NCBI GenBank assembly: GCA_017526985.1
Contig: JAFXQR010000072.1
Location: forward strand, 2,128-66,127
DNA from: Lachnospiraceae bacterium
Lineage (GTDB): Bacteria; Bacillota; Clostridia; Lachnospirales; Lachnospiraceae
Reading direction: 5' to 3'
DNA length: 64,000 nt
Shown here: in pieces, positions 1-9,915 of the stretch
How positions within the stretch are numbered: position 1 is the first letter of the stretch
How the letters are laid out: the number at the start of each line of letters is the position of its first letter
The notes under the pieces: model-generated
Seen by the model: the letters and a program-made list of their open reading frames with translations, nothing else
Told to the model about the DNA's origin: nothing
Database searches by the model: none
Program-made: the position numbers and the translations under genes

Positions 1-88
1 AAAAAAATCGTATTCCATTGCAATATGGCGGTCAGATAAAGAAGAACTGTTGTCAGAGCCGTGATCATACCGGCAACAGCAATATTCT

Positions 89-625
89 TTACATACAGCC
101 GCATAGATCGCCCCCCATACACTCACACATTGTGTCCACACACCACAGATCGCAGCAAAGATTGCCGGTACCGCAGCCATCACCGCCGGTATAGCGCGTC
201 GGACGTCCGTAATAGTTGCCGTAGTTCTGGTAATTGCGCTGGTACGGCTGCTGGTTTCCGCCATAACTGCCCTGGCCGCCGTAGCCTCCCTGACCACCAT
301 AGCCACCCTGGCCCGGGTTGCCGTAGTTCCCCGGATTTCCATAAGTGCCCTGATTGCCATAGGAGTTGTTGTTATAGCTTCCGCTGTTACGCTGGCCTCT
401 GGCTCCGCCGGTATAATCTCCCAGAGAACGGCGTTCCATGATCTCGTTATAAGCCGCCTGCACATCCGTAAATTTCTCGTTTGCCAGTTCCACCAGCGTC
501 TGATCCGCGCCCGCATAATTGTCCGGATGATACTTGCGCATCAGTTCCCGGTACCGGCTCTTCACTTCATCATCGCTGGCGGTAGGTGCCAGCCCCATTG
601 CTTCATAGGGATCTTTATTATACAT
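89..625 (-). CDS. J-domain (DnaJ-like) protein with G/N/Q/Y-rich low-complexity linker and Cys-rich C-terminal tail
   Basis: N-terminal J-domain with HPD motif (DPYEAMGL...YRELMRKYHPDNY). The ATG at 625 overlaps the stop of the upstream gene (TAATG). Confidence 0.8.
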   Translation of the reverse strand: MYNKDPYEAMGLAPTASDDEVKSRYRELMRKYHPDNYAGADQTLVELANEKFTDVQAAYNEIMERRSLGDYTGGARGQRNSGSYNNNSYGNQGTYGNPGNYGNPGQGGYGGQGGYGGQGSYGGNQQPYQRNYQNYGNYYGRPTRYTGGDGCGTGNLCCDLWCVDTMCECMGGDLCGCM

Positions 626-1491
626 TATTTCCTTCTTACCCTCACTTTCCCCTCATCCGACGCGGTATCATGCTTTTTGTCCCACTTGTTCCAGATGCCC
701 GCATACAGGATGTTCCTTAAGATATCCTGATACTGCAGACAAGGAAGCTTTTCAAAATACGCTGCCGCCTTTGCTGCCTCGTCAAACAACAGCTTCTCGA
801 CCGCCGGATCATCATACAGCTTTTTATTATACAATGTTTTCAGCGGATTGTAACGGTTTTTTTCGATATCCTCCGCCAGGTCATCAAAGGCATCCATAAT
901 ATAGATATACCGCCCCAGATGATACGCCAGCCCCTGCAGGGTATGCAGCATGGGATCTTTGGCATCATAGGAAAAAAGTGCCACCATCAGCCCGCCGAAG
1001 GCATCCGCCGCTTTTTGCAGATCTTCTTCACTACCACTGTCCCGCTGCTCGATCTGGCGCAAGCAACGCAAGGCTCTTACGATCTGCCGGCACTGCTCCG
1101 GATACCGGTCTTTGATCTTTTGATAAGCTCCGCGGTAGAGCGCGATCCCGCCGGTGGCCTTTATGCTGTTCTCGTCTTCCTTATCATCCACAAAATGCAG
1201 GTACGAAAGCAGCACATTCATATCAGCACCGTAAGCCGTCATTTCGCTCACCCGCTCCGTATGCGTCTTTGCCGGGTGCATCAGGCACCGCCGCTTTGCG
1301 CTCACCACTTCACTTTCACAGTAAGACGACAGCAGCATCACCAGAAAAGTCATATCATAGGTCAGCGTCACCTGCCCCTTAATGCCGTATCGTTCCTCCA
1401 AAACATGACAAAGACCGCAGTAAAAACTGCGGTACATGTCATAATCTTTCATCTTTAGTTCTGCTTTTCGGATCTGTACATATCCAAACAA
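625..1491 (-). CDS. Conserved hypothetical protein, DUF5685-like (recalled family, usually paired with a J-domain protein)
   Basis: N-terminus FGYVQI...YRSFYCGLCH. Likely TTG start at 1491, 8 nt after AAGGAG; the listed ORF runs to 1533. Confidence 0.5.
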   Translation of the reverse strand: MFGYVQIRKAELKMKDYDMYRSFYCGLCHVLEERYGIKGQVTLTYDMTFLVMLLSSYCESEVVSAKRRCLMHPAKTHTERVSEMTAYGADMNVLLSYLHFVDDKEDENSIKATGGIALYRGAYQKIKDRYPEQCRQIVRALRCLRQIEQRDSGSEEDLQKAADAFGGLMVALFSYDAKDPMLHTLQGLAYHLGRYIYIMDAFDDLAEDIEKNRYNPLKTLYNKKLYDDPAVEKLLFDEAAKAAAYFEKLPCLQYQDILRNILYAGIWNKWDKKHDTASDEGKVRVRRK

Positions 1492-1496
1492 AATGA

Positions 1497-3158
1497 TCAC
1501 TCCTTGTTCTGTTTCACCACTTCGCCGGACCACGCGATGGCATCGTCGATGTGCGGGCGGAAGTTTTCCTTACCCACCTTTTCGATGAAACCGTCTTTCT
1601 CCATTGTACGCATCGGCTGCTCATTCACATGGGAGAAGATCAGACGGATGCCCTGCTCCTTACATTTATCATGGAACTGGTTCAGGGAATGCATGGCCGT
1701 CGCATCCAGTGCAGGCACACCACGCATACGCAGGATGATGGCCTTGGTAGTCTCCTTATAACTGATGGCCGCGATACGGTCTGCGTCACCAAAAAACATC
1801 GGTCCGGAGATCTCATATACACGCACATTGGCCGGGATCGGCTTCAGCATCGTTCCGTCCGGGTCATCTTCCATATCGTAACGCTTCCAGCCGGTGATCT
1901 GGCTCTCTTCGCTCATACGCTTCATAAAGAGCAGTACCGCCATCAGCATACCGATCTCGATAGCAACCACCAGGTCAAATACCACGGTCAGGCCAAAGGT
2001 GGTTACCAGTACTATGATATCACTTTTCGGTGCGGTTTTGCAAAGGTGTACAAAAGTACGCCACTGGCACATATTGTAAGCTACCATAAAGAGGATCGCT
2101 GCGATGGTCGGCATCGGGATCAGCGCGGCATACGGCATCAGTACCACCAGCACCAGGATCAGTACCAAAGCGTGTACGATACCGGCGATGGGTGTACGAC
2201 CACCGTTTTTGATGTTTGCTGCAGTACGGGCGATGGCGCCGGTCGCCGGGATACCTCCAAACAACGCGGATCCGATGTTACCACAGCCCTGTGCGATCAG
2301 CTCCATATTGGAACGATGATGGGAGTTGATCATACTGTCTGCCACCACGCAGGAAAGCAGGGACTCGATGGCTGCCAGGATCGCAATGGTGAAGCCGTCC
2401 GGGAATACCTCACGGATCGCCTGGAAAGAGAACACCGGCATATGGAAAGTCGGCAGGCCACTGCGGATCGTATAAAGATCGCCGATGGTATTGACCGGCA
2501 GATTTAAAAATTTCACCATCAGGATACCCACGATCACGGCGATCAGGGAACCGGGGATCTTCTCACTTACCTTCGGCCATACGATCAGGATCGCCAGACA
2601 TACCACACCGACCAGCAGTGCGGATAAATTCGTTGTGGAAATATTGAACGCGATCGCTTTTAATTTATCGATGGTTTCGATGGTCGCTGTTCCCTTCGGA
2701 TAAGTCAGTCCCAGAAAATCTTTGATCTGTCCGATCAGGATCGTCACGGCGATACCGGAAGTAAAACCGGTCGTTATTGTATAAGGAATGAATCGGATCA
2801 GTCCACCAAGGCGGCACACACCCATCAGGATGAGCAACACTCCGGCTACGATGGTCGCCAGCATCAGACCTTCCATACCGCTCTTGGCCACGATCCCGGC
2901 TACGATGGTCGCAAACGCCGCCGTCGGTCCGGCGATCTGCACACGGCTGCCGCCTAAGAACGAGATGATGAAACCGGCTACGATGGCGGTATAGATACCT
3001 TCCTCCGGTCCCACACCGCTGGCCAGTGCCAGTGCGATAGACAGCGGAAGCGCAATGATCGCTACGATCAGACCGCTGATCAGGTCGGTCACAAACTGCT
3101 TGCCGTTATAACTCTTCATAGTACTGAAGAGCATTGGTTTTAACTTATCCTTATGCAT
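1497..3158 (-). CDS. SulP family inorganic anion transporter with C-terminal STAS domain
   Basis: Multi-TM SulP-like core plus a STAS-like tail (ILRMRGVPALDATAMHSL). GGAGG RBS lies before the ATG at 3158. Confidence 0.9.
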   Translation of the reverse strand: MHKDKLKPMLFSTMKSYNGKQFVTDLISGLIVAIIALPLSIALALASGVGPEEGIYTAIVAGFIISFLGGSRVQIAGPTAAFATIVAGIVAKSGMEGLMLATIVAGVLLILMGVCRLGGLIRFIPYTITTGFTSGIAVTILIGQIKDFLGLTYPKGTATIETIDKLKAIAFNISTTNLSALLVGVVCLAILIVWPKVSEKIPGSLIAVIVGILMVKFLNLPVNTIGDLYTIRSGLPTFHMPVFSFQAIREVFPDGFTIAILAAIESLLSCVVADSMINSHHRSNMELIAQGCGNIGSALFGGIPATGAIARTAANIKNGGRTPIAGIVHALVLILVLVVLMPYAALIPMPTIAAILFMVAYNMCQWRTFVHLCKTAPKSDIIVLVTTFGLTVVFDLVVAIEIGMLMAVLLFMKRMSEESQITGWKRYDMEDDPDGTMLKPIPANVRVYEISGPMFFGDADRIAAISYKETTKAIILRMRGVPALDATAMHSLNQFHDKCKEQGIRLIFSHVNEQPMRTMEKDGFIEKVGKENFRPHIDDAIAWSGEVVKQNKE

Positions 3159-3212
3159 AATGTCCTCCCTAAAAAACTTAAGTTTTTTCGCAAACCGTTC
3201 CATATACTAGCA

Positions 3213-3246
3213 CAAAAAAAGTGGCTAATCAAGCCACTTTTTAAAA
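3213..3246 (-). terminator. Rho-independent terminator downstream of the DHH gene
   Basis: Stem AGTGGCT/AGCCACT followed by a T-run on the minus strand. Confidence 0.6.
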
Positions 3247-3269
3247 AAACAAGGGGAAGACAAGGTGCA

Positions 3270-4775
3270 TCAATCCGGTTTATATGTCCGCTCGAAGATA
3301 CTCTTCGCGATAATATAGATATCCGTAAGGTCATCGGCGCGTACCGCCAGAAAATCGCCCTCCACGCCCAGATAGTACTTTTCGCGATCCCAGGTGGTGA
3401 AGACTTTCATCCGGTGATCCAGCTGTCTTGCATAGATACCGGTGCCGCCGATCGCCACGCAGCTGTGTGCCTGTGGCAGGACCGGGATGCGTTCGCCGCC
3501 GATATTGTCCACCACCACCGGCGGATATTCGCCCGGATACACATAGGGTTCGTCACTTATGCGATAGCTGGAAGCAAACTTTTTCTCCCGGCAGGGATAG
3601 ATCTCACCGTCCACACCCAAAATGATGTAGAGATCGTCTTCCACGGTCACATCCACATCACCTTCCAGCGTACGGATCATGATCTCGGTACCGGCTGCTG
3701 CCAGATCTGTTACTTTTACATAGCCCACCGACACCTCCATCTTGGTGTAGTGCTGATACTGCGAAATGTCTTCTTCCTTCTGCCCCGCATACACGATCTC
3801 ACTCTCACTGTGGTATTTTTCCATGCGGTCGCAGAGCATCTTCCGGATGGCTTCAGAAGTATAGGCGACCCCCTTCTTTTCGATCAGATCCTTTTTCAGA
3901 AATCCGCCGGCTTTCGTCAGGTGTCCGCCGCCACCGCCCATATCCTCCGCAAGATATTTGGCCAGCTCACTTGCCTTGGTCGTGATCGTACCGCTTCGCA
4001 CGGAGATCTTCACGCCGGCATCCAGCAAGTCATAGACCACGCAGGTGTCCACGCCGTCCACCTCCAGCAGCATATCGCTCACCAACCCCAGTATGTTGGA
4101 GTCGCAGGGGTCTGTCTCGATCACGCCATAGCGGTAGGTATCGTTGTAGATCGCATTCTGCAGCGCCCTTCCGGCGATGCCCAGTTCCTCCTTGGACAGA
4201 TTGGAACTACGAAAGCCCGATATGTTACTCTCATCATATTTCGCCATATCCCGCAGATCACGGTCTGCCGGATGAAAGATCGAAGAAAAATTGTCTGTAT
4301 CTGTCATCAGCCCATAGTACAATGCGGTCGCCAGACGCTTGTTTTCGTTGATGTCCAGACCTTCTGCCGTGAGCAGCTCATAAAGCACCGTAGAACAGGA
4401 ACCGTAATTGCTGCGCACATCCGAAGGATTCGGCAGTTCCCCGCTCACCCGGTGATGATCGATCACTATGACATTTTCCGCATCAAACTTTGTTACATTG
4501 CTCTCGCCGTACTGACAGTCCACCGTGACCAGAAGCTCCGGCTCCGCCAGCTCCGTGATATGTTCCACCGTGATCTGCAGATCATCGATCATCTTCAGCA
4601 GATTGGCTTTTTTCACCTCAGCTTCGCCGCCATAGACAAAGCGCGCATCAATATCCTGTTTTTTCAGATACCATACCAGGGCAAAGCCGCTGGCCAGGGC
4701 ATCCGCATCCGGATTATCATGGCACTGCACTACGATATCGCGGTAATTGATCAGATCTTTTAAGTGAAATTTCAT
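3270..4775 (-). CDS. DHH family phosphoesterase with a long C-terminal extension
   Basis: DHH motifs (HDNPDADALAS, VIVIDHH, GGGGH); GAGGAGG RBS. Confidence 0.8.
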   Translation of the reverse strand: MKFHLKDLINYRDIVVQCHDNPDADALASGFALVWYLKKQDIDARFVYGGEAEVKKANLLKMIDDLQITVEHITELAEPELLVTVDCQYGESNVTKFDAENVIVIDHHRVSGELPNPSDVRSNYGSCSTVLYELLTAEGLDINENKRLATALYYGLMTDTDNFSSIFHPADRDLRDMAKYDESNISGFRSSNLSKEELGIAGRALQNAIYNDTYRYGVIETDPCDSNILGLVSDMLLEVDGVDTCVVYDLLDAGVKISVRSGTITTKASELAKYLAEDMGGGGGHLTKAGGFLKKDLIEKKGVAYTSEAIRKMLCDRMEKYHSESEIVYAGQKEEDISQYQHYTKMEVSVGYVKVTDLAAAGTEIMIRTLEGDVDVTVEDDLYIILGVDGEIYPCREKKFASSYRISDEPYVYPGEYPPVVVDNIGGERIPVLPQAHSCVAIGGTGIYARQLDHRMKVFTTWDREKYYLGVEGDFLAVRADDLTDIYIIAKSIFERTYKPD

Positions 4776-4786
4776 AGCTCCTCCTC

Positions 4787-6403
4787 TCAGGATACCGCGT
4801 GGATCACGGCATCCTTGATCGCCAGCACATAAGGTGACGATACGGACAGGGTATCCACACCATAATCCAGAAAAGTTTTTGTATAGCCGGTATCCGCCGC
4901 CAGCTCACCGCAGATCTCCACGCGAATGCCGGCTTTGTGCCCGTTTTCGACGGTCTGCCGGATCAGCGTCTGCACGGCCGGATGATGCATATCCGCCAGG
5001 GCTTCCACCCGTGCATTGGTACGGTCAATGGCCAGTGTGTACTGCGCCAGATCATTGGTCCCAATACTGAAGAAATCGACCTCTCCGGCCAGCTGATCAC
5101 TGATCAGGGCTGCTGCCGGTGTTTCGATCATCACACCGATCTGCACATCCTCACGATAGGGTATGTTCTCCGCTTTCAGTTCTGCCTTCACTTCAGCGAT
5201 ATGCCGCTTGCACTGACGCACTTCTTCTATAGAAATGATCATCGGAAAAAGGATCGCCACACTGCCATAGACAGAAGCCCGGTAGATCGCACGAAGCTGC
5301 GTACGGAAGATCTCCGGCCGGTCCAGACAGATGCGGATCGCGCGGTATCCCATAGCCGGGTTTTCCTCCTGACCAAGCTCCAGATATCTCGCCTGCTTGT
5401 CGGCCCCCAGATCCAGCGTACGGATCACCACCGGCTTGCCCTCCATAATTTCTGCCACAGCTTTGTAGGCAAGCAATTGTTTTTCTTCGGAAGGCAGATC
5501 CCGCCCTTCCAGATAGAGAAACTCACTGCGGAACAGGCCGATGCCCTCCGCGTCATTTTCTTTTGCCTCTATGGCCTCCTCCACACTGCCGATATTGGCA
5601 TAGATCGCAATGTGTCGTCCGTCTTTTGCGATGGCCGGTCTGCCTTTGAGCTGCTGTAAGCGTTCCCGGAGCTGCGCTTCTTCCCGTTTCCGCTGCCGGC
5701 TCTTTTCGATGTTTTCCTCATCCGGATCAATGAGCACCAGACCGCTGTCACCGTCCACTACCGCCATCCGGCCGTTCCATGCGGGATCCACGGATACACC
5801 GCACACCGCCGGCAGAGACATCTGTCTTGCCAGGATCGCTGTATGTGAATTTGCGGAGCCCTGCGTGGTCACAAAGCCCAGGATCAGGGAACGGTCAAAC
5901 TGTATGGTCTCGGAGGGTGTCAGGTCTTCGGCCACGATGATCGACGGTTCCTTCAACTCCTGCATCTCTTCAAAACCGTTCAGGATACGGATCAGCCGCC
6001 AGGACACATCCTGCACATCCGCCTTTCTGGCCTGCACATATTCGTCATCCAATAACGACAGCTGCTCGGAAAAATGCTCTTCCGCAACAAATACGGCATA
6101 CTCCGCAGACACCTTTGCGCTTTGGATGATCTCCCGGATGGAAGCATGCAACTCCTCATCCCGCAGCATGATGCGGTGCGCTTCAAAGATCGCAGCATTT
6201 TCTTCTCCGGCCGTCTGCGCCGCCTGCTCCGCAAGCGCTTTCAGCTGCGCATCCGCCACCTCCACCGCATCTGCCAACCGCTTCAGCTCGGCATCACTGT
6301 CTTCCCGGTAGGTCCGCCGGATCTGCCTTCCGCCCTTTTTATAAAAGAGCATGCGGCCTACGGCGATCCCCCGACCGATGCTCTTTCCTTGTATCTGTTG
6401 CAT
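4787..6403 (-). CDS. ptsI: Phosphoenolpyruvate-protein phosphotransferase (PTS enzyme I)
   Basis: Full-length EI-like sequence (GSANSHTAILAR phospho-His region, FFSIGTNDL). The typical EI N-terminus MQQIQGKSIGRGIAVG begins at ATG 6403; the listed ORF runs to 6418. Confidence 0.9.
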   Translation of the reverse strand: MQQIQGKSIGRGIAVGRMLFYKKGGRQIRRTYREDSDAELKRLADAVEVADAQLKALAEQAAQTAGEENAAIFEAHRIMLRDEELHASIREIIQSAKVSAEYAVFVAEEHFSEQLSLLDDEYVQARKADVQDVSWRLIRILNGFEEMQELKEPSIIVAEDLTPSETIQFDRSLILGFVTTQGSANSHTAILARQMSLPAVCGVSVDPAWNGRMAVVDGDSGLVLIDPDEENIEKSRQRKREEAQLRERLQQLKGRPAIAKDGRHIAIYANIGSVEEAIEAKENDAEGIGLFRSEFLYLEGRDLPSEEKQLLAYKAVAEIMEGKPVVIRTLDLGADKQARYLELGQEENPAMGYRAIRICLDRPEIFRTQLRAIYRASVYGSVAILFPMIISIEEVRQCKRHIAEVKAELKAENIPYREDVQIGVMIETPAAALISDQLAGEVDFFSIGTNDLAQYTLAIDRTNARVEALADMHHPAVQTLIRQTVENGHKAGIRVEICGELAADTGYTKTFLDYGVDTLSVSSPYVLAIKDAVIHAVS

Positions 6404-6404
6404 A

Positions 6405-8018
6405 TCACTCATAAGCAACCCGCATTTCCTTCATATCCCACACCCTGGTTCTCGGCGGTCCCACCTGCAGACGGTATGCGTTTCTGGCCACTTCCTCTTC
6501 CACATAGAAGCGCGTGGTCATCACCTGCTCTCCGTTGTTCACATAGATCTCCGCCAGGGAAGTATCCAGAAGCACGCGAAGGGAACGGAAATCCTTCAGC
6601 CGCACCTTTCGCTCCTTGCGCCCCCTGCCCGGCTGCTCTTCAATGATCAGATGCAGTACAAAGGTATCCGGAGCGCCATCCACACTTTCTATGGAAATCT
6701 CAAACACCGACCATGCCGCCACCCAAAGCCGTAACAGCATAACATACTCATGCAGCTTGCGATCCTCACCGATCTCGTAGCCCACCACATCCATCTCCCG
6801 GGCCTTCTCGAAAAAGATCTTGCCGGAGTACCCTTCTCCGGGTGCTTTTTCGATCATGATATCCGCTTTCCGGGTAGGCAGCTGCAGCATCACATTGGCA
6901 CGCTCCGTCATACGCACACCACGACGCAGACGATCGATCTCTTCCACCGGCCACTGCTTAATGCCGTCTTCACAGGCCGTCAGTACCCGGGGTACCGTCA
7001 GCGCATGCTGCCAGCCGCGCTCCGTCGTGTGCAGATTGTCATAGTCCGCATCAAACATGCCGACCCAGCCGATCAACAACCGCCGTCCCAAGTGGTCAGT
7101 AAAGGTCTGGGGCGCATAGAAATCAAAGCCGTAGTCCCACTCCCGGAAGCTCCCCTCCGGATCCTCCAGCAGATAGTGTGCTCCCTCTGCCGTACCGTCA
7201 AAGCCAAAACCATATCCCTGCGGATCGGCAATATCAAAATAGGGCGGCAGCATAAAATAGCCTGCCTGATAGGTATTCTGCCATTTATAGTCCTGCTGCG
7301 GCAGTCCCTGCGGACAACAGCTCAGAACTTTTTTCCCATCCAATTCAAAATAATCCGGACACTCCCACATATAGCCAAAGGGCTTTTCCGTAGTGATGCT
7401 GTAGACCGGACGGAAATGCTCCGCATCTTTGCCCTTCAGCACGATGACCGCACCACGATCCCCGGGATCCTCCTCCCCGGAAGCCGCATCCGCCTGCATG
7501 CGTCCGCCCTGAACCATATAATAGGCATTTCCCTGCTTCCATACTTTGGGATCGCGTATATGGCAGGTGTACTCCTTCGGAAAATCCGCATTGGTCAGCA
7601 GCACCTGTTTTTCCGAAAACTCCATGCCATCCTTACTGCGCAGCATGATCGTGTTGGACTCGCGCCCCGTATGGATATAGTCATAGTCTCCCGGCTGTTC
7701 CACATTGCCGGTATAGTACAGCAACATCTCGCCGTCTTCGATCAGCGCCGATCCGGAAAAAGCACCATCCTGATCTGCGGCGTTGTCCGGCAATACCGCG
7801 CTACCCGCAAATCGAAAATGCAGTAGGTCATCACTGATATAATGTCCCCACTGTTTCCGCCCGCCATGGGCATCTTCCGGTGCATATTGAAAAAAGATGT
7901 GGTATTTTCCCTCGAATTCGCACAGACCGTTCGGATCGTTCATCCAGCCGGTCGGCGGCATCAGGTGAAACCCCAGTCGATACGGGTCTTCTTTTACCTT
8001 CTGCGTGATGGATATCAT
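6405..8018 (-). CDS. scrB: Glycoside hydrolase family 32, sucrose-6-phosphate hydrolase-like (no signal peptide)
   Basis: GH32 motifs WMNDPNG, RDPKV, WECPD. Confidence 0.85.
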   Translation of the reverse strand: MISITQKVKEDPYRLGFHLMPPTGWMNDPNGLCEFEGKYHIFFQYAPEDAHGGRKQWGHYISDDLLHFRFAGSAVLPDNAADQDGAFSGSALIEDGEMLLYYTGNVEQPGDYDYIHTGRESNTIMLRSKDGMEFSEKQVLLTNADFPKEYTCHIRDPKVWKQGNAYYMVQGGRMQADAASGEEDPGDRGAVIVLKGKDAEHFRPVYSITTEKPFGYMWECPDYFELDGKKVLSCCPQGLPQQDYKWQNTYQAGYFMLPPYFDIADPQGYGFGFDGTAEGAHYLLEDPEGSFREWDYGFDFYAPQTFTDHLGRRLLIGWVGMFDADYDNLHTTERGWQHALTVPRVLTACEDGIKQWPVEEIDRLRRGVRMTERANVMLQLPTRKADIMIEKAPGEGYSGKIFFEKAREMDVVGYEIGEDRKLHEYVMLLRLWVAAWSVFEISIESVDGAPDTFVLHLIIEEQPGRGRKERKVRLKDFRSLRVLLDTSLAEIYVNNGEQVMTTRFYVEEEVARNAYRLQVGPPRTRVWDMKEMRVAYE

Positions 8019-8062
8019 ATTGAAACCCCTCCGGGAATTTGCCCCTTTTCTTTAGTAAGCAT

Positions 8063-8089
8063 AACTGCTAATATTATATAGTAGCAGTT
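8063..8089. promoter_or_regulatory. Inverted repeat AACTGCTA-N11-TAGCAGTT in the divergent scrB/fructokinase intergenic region (candidate operator)
   Basis: Perfect 8-bp arms around an AT-rich spacer, read directly from the sequence. Confidence 0.3.
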
Positions 8090-8104
8090 GCTGTTTGTCA
8101 AAAC

Positions 8105-8129
8105 AAGCCATGGGGACGGTTCTCCGGCT
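8105..8129. repeat. Hairpin-repeat family 1, single arm (AAGCCATGGGGACGGTTCTCCGGCT)
   Basis: Matches the arms of the 23269-23325 element and shares the core CCAYGGGGACGG with 10342 and 15303. Confidence 0.6.
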
Positions 8130-8153
8130 AGATCAGAAAGGCGGATAAGTGGG

Positions 8154-9041
8154 ATGATTTACGGCGCATTGGAAGCCGGCGGCACCAAGATGGTGTGCGC
8201 CATCGGCGAAAAAGACGGACATATTCTGGATCAGGTATCGATCCCGACCAGGCATCCGGAGGAAACGGTTCCTGAGATCATTGACTATTTCCGGGATAAA
8301 GACATCGCCGCGCTGGGCATAGCCTGCTTCGGTCCTCTGGATCTGAACCCGAGATCTGCCACCTACGGATATATCACCACCACGCCAAAAAAAGGCTGGG
8401 CACACTATGACATCATCGGCGCTTTCCGGGAGGCTCTTGAGGTGCCCATCGGATTTGATACCGATGTCAATGGTTCACTGCTGGGAGAAGTGACCTACGG
8501 TTCCTCCAAAGGGCTGAGCGATGTGGTCTATATCACCATCGGCACCGGCATCGGCGGCGGTGTGATGACCAACGGCCGCCTGCTGCATGGCATGCTGCAC
8601 CCGGAGCTGGGGCATATGCTGATGCGGCCACATTCCTCCGATCCCTATCCGGGCAAATGCCCTTTTCATAAGAACTGTCTGGAAGGCATGGCTGCGGGCC
8701 CCGCGATCGAAGCCCGTTGGGGTGCCAAAGGAAAAGATCTGGCCGATCACCAAAAAGTGTGGGAACTGGAAGCCTACTATATCGGTCAGGCCATCGTCAA
8801 CCTGATCCTGACCCTTTCACCCGAACGCATCATCTTGGGCGGCGGCGTGATGCACCAGATGCAGCTCTTTGACCTCATCCGCGCAGAAGTAAAAAAGCAG
8901 CTGAATGACTATGTCATCACCCCGCTGCTTCAAAACATGGATCACTATATCGTCCCGGCCAGCCTCCACGACGACCAGGGCATCATGGGCTGTATCAAAC
9001 TGGCAATAAATGCAGGATCCGAAATAGGATTCGAGGCCTGA
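8154..9041 (+). CDS. ROK family sugar kinase (fructokinase-like)
   Basis: N-terminal EAGGTKMVCAIG ATP-binding motif and ROK Cys/His motif region. The ATG at 8154 gives a typical ROK N-terminus. Confidence 0.8.
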   Translation: MIYGALEAGGTKMVCAIGEKDGHILDQVSIPTRHPEETVPEIIDYFRDKDIAALGIACFGPLDLNPRSATYGYITTTPKKGWAHYDIIGAFREALEVPIGFDTDVNGSLLGEVTYGSSKGLSDVVYITIGTGIGGGVMTNGRLLHGMLHPELGHMLMRPHSSDPYPGKCPFHKNCLEGMAAGPAIEARWGAKGKDLADHQKVWELEAYYIGQAIVNLILTLSPERIILGGGVMHQMQLFDLIRAEVKKQLNDYVITPLLQNMDHYIVPASLHDDQGIMGCIKLAINAGSEIGFEA

Positions 9042-9053
9042 TCCTTTGGAATC

Positions 9054-9236
9054 CTATGCACCGGCCTCCGCCATCAGTTTCAGGATCACATTTACATTAC
9101 TTGCCATGGAATAATATGCCAGGAAAAATGTGGCCCCGGTAACCTTTTCTCTCTGTTCCTGCTCCAATGCGATATACAGGATCAACGCCAGAAAAACTGC
9201 CGCCGATAGCATGATCACTGTCATATCTCCAATCAT
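9054..9236 (-). CDS. Small (60 aa) membrane protein, unknown function
   Basis: Strong AGGAGG RBS 8 nt upstream; one hydrophobic helix. Confidence 0.4.
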   Translation of the reverse strand: MIGDMTVIMLSAAVFLALILYIALEQEQREKVTGATFFLAYYSMASNVNVILKLMAEAGA

Positions 9237-9481
9237 TTTGTCTTCCTCCTGTCCTGACAGTAGATAATGAAAAGATAATTAAGCCCCCCGACCGTGCCAT
9301 TATATCACCGCTGCCGCCTTTTCACAATCGCCGCCGGCGCCCCGGCAGATCACATGATAGGTTGCTCCGGGATACCATATCCTCTTTTTTCTTGCCATTG
9401 CGTTCCCTTCTGTATAATATTATGTGTTTTTATATAAATACTATTTCATTTTTACGAATATTGAGACAAAAGAAAAGCCTG

Positions 9482-9832
9482 TCAGCTCTTCATATGACGC
9501 ATCGCCTCTATATATCCCAACAGACGATCTCTCTGCTTTTCGTCCATTTTATGATACTCCTCGATCAAAATGCCCATATCCGATTCCTTATCGATCACAT
9601 ACCATGGGATCTCGTTCCCACGCTCCCCTGTTTTCCCGATTCCCGATAATATCCACTCCGGAGTCACTCCCAAAACCTTGCAGATGATCATGATCTTTTC
9701 CGAAGTCGGATTGGTACGCTTGCTCTTCCACTCACTGATCGTACTGGGCGCAATCCCGGTCGCTTCCGAAAACTCTTTCTGCGTCATATGTATTTCGCGT
9801 AATCTTTCAAAAACCCTGTCACTGATCGTCAT
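9482..9832 (-). CDS. XRE family helix-turn-helix transcriptional regulator
   Basis: HTH_3-like sequence MTQKEFSEATGIAPSTISEWKSKRTNPTSEKIMIICKVLGVTPEWIL; start chosen at MTISD with an AGGAG RBS. Confidence 0.8.
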   Translation of the reverse strand: MTISDRVFERLREIHMTQKEFSEATGIAPSTISEWKSKRTNPTSEKIMIICKVLGVTPEWILSGIGKTGERGNEIPWYVIDKESDMGILIEEYHKMDEKQRDRLLGYIEAMRHMKS

Positions 9833-9915
9833 CTTTTTACAACTCCTATCATAATAATGGCACCACCTTTTACACTTAATTAGGGGCTGCCCCATAACCA
9901 GCGCTTGCTTCATGC

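Noticed and set aside
3153-4763. 536-aa plus-strand ORF
   Set aside because: It lies entirely antisense to the well-supported DHH phosphoesterase gene. It has no RBS and an odd composition (H/R/I-rich), so it is a typical shadow ORF.
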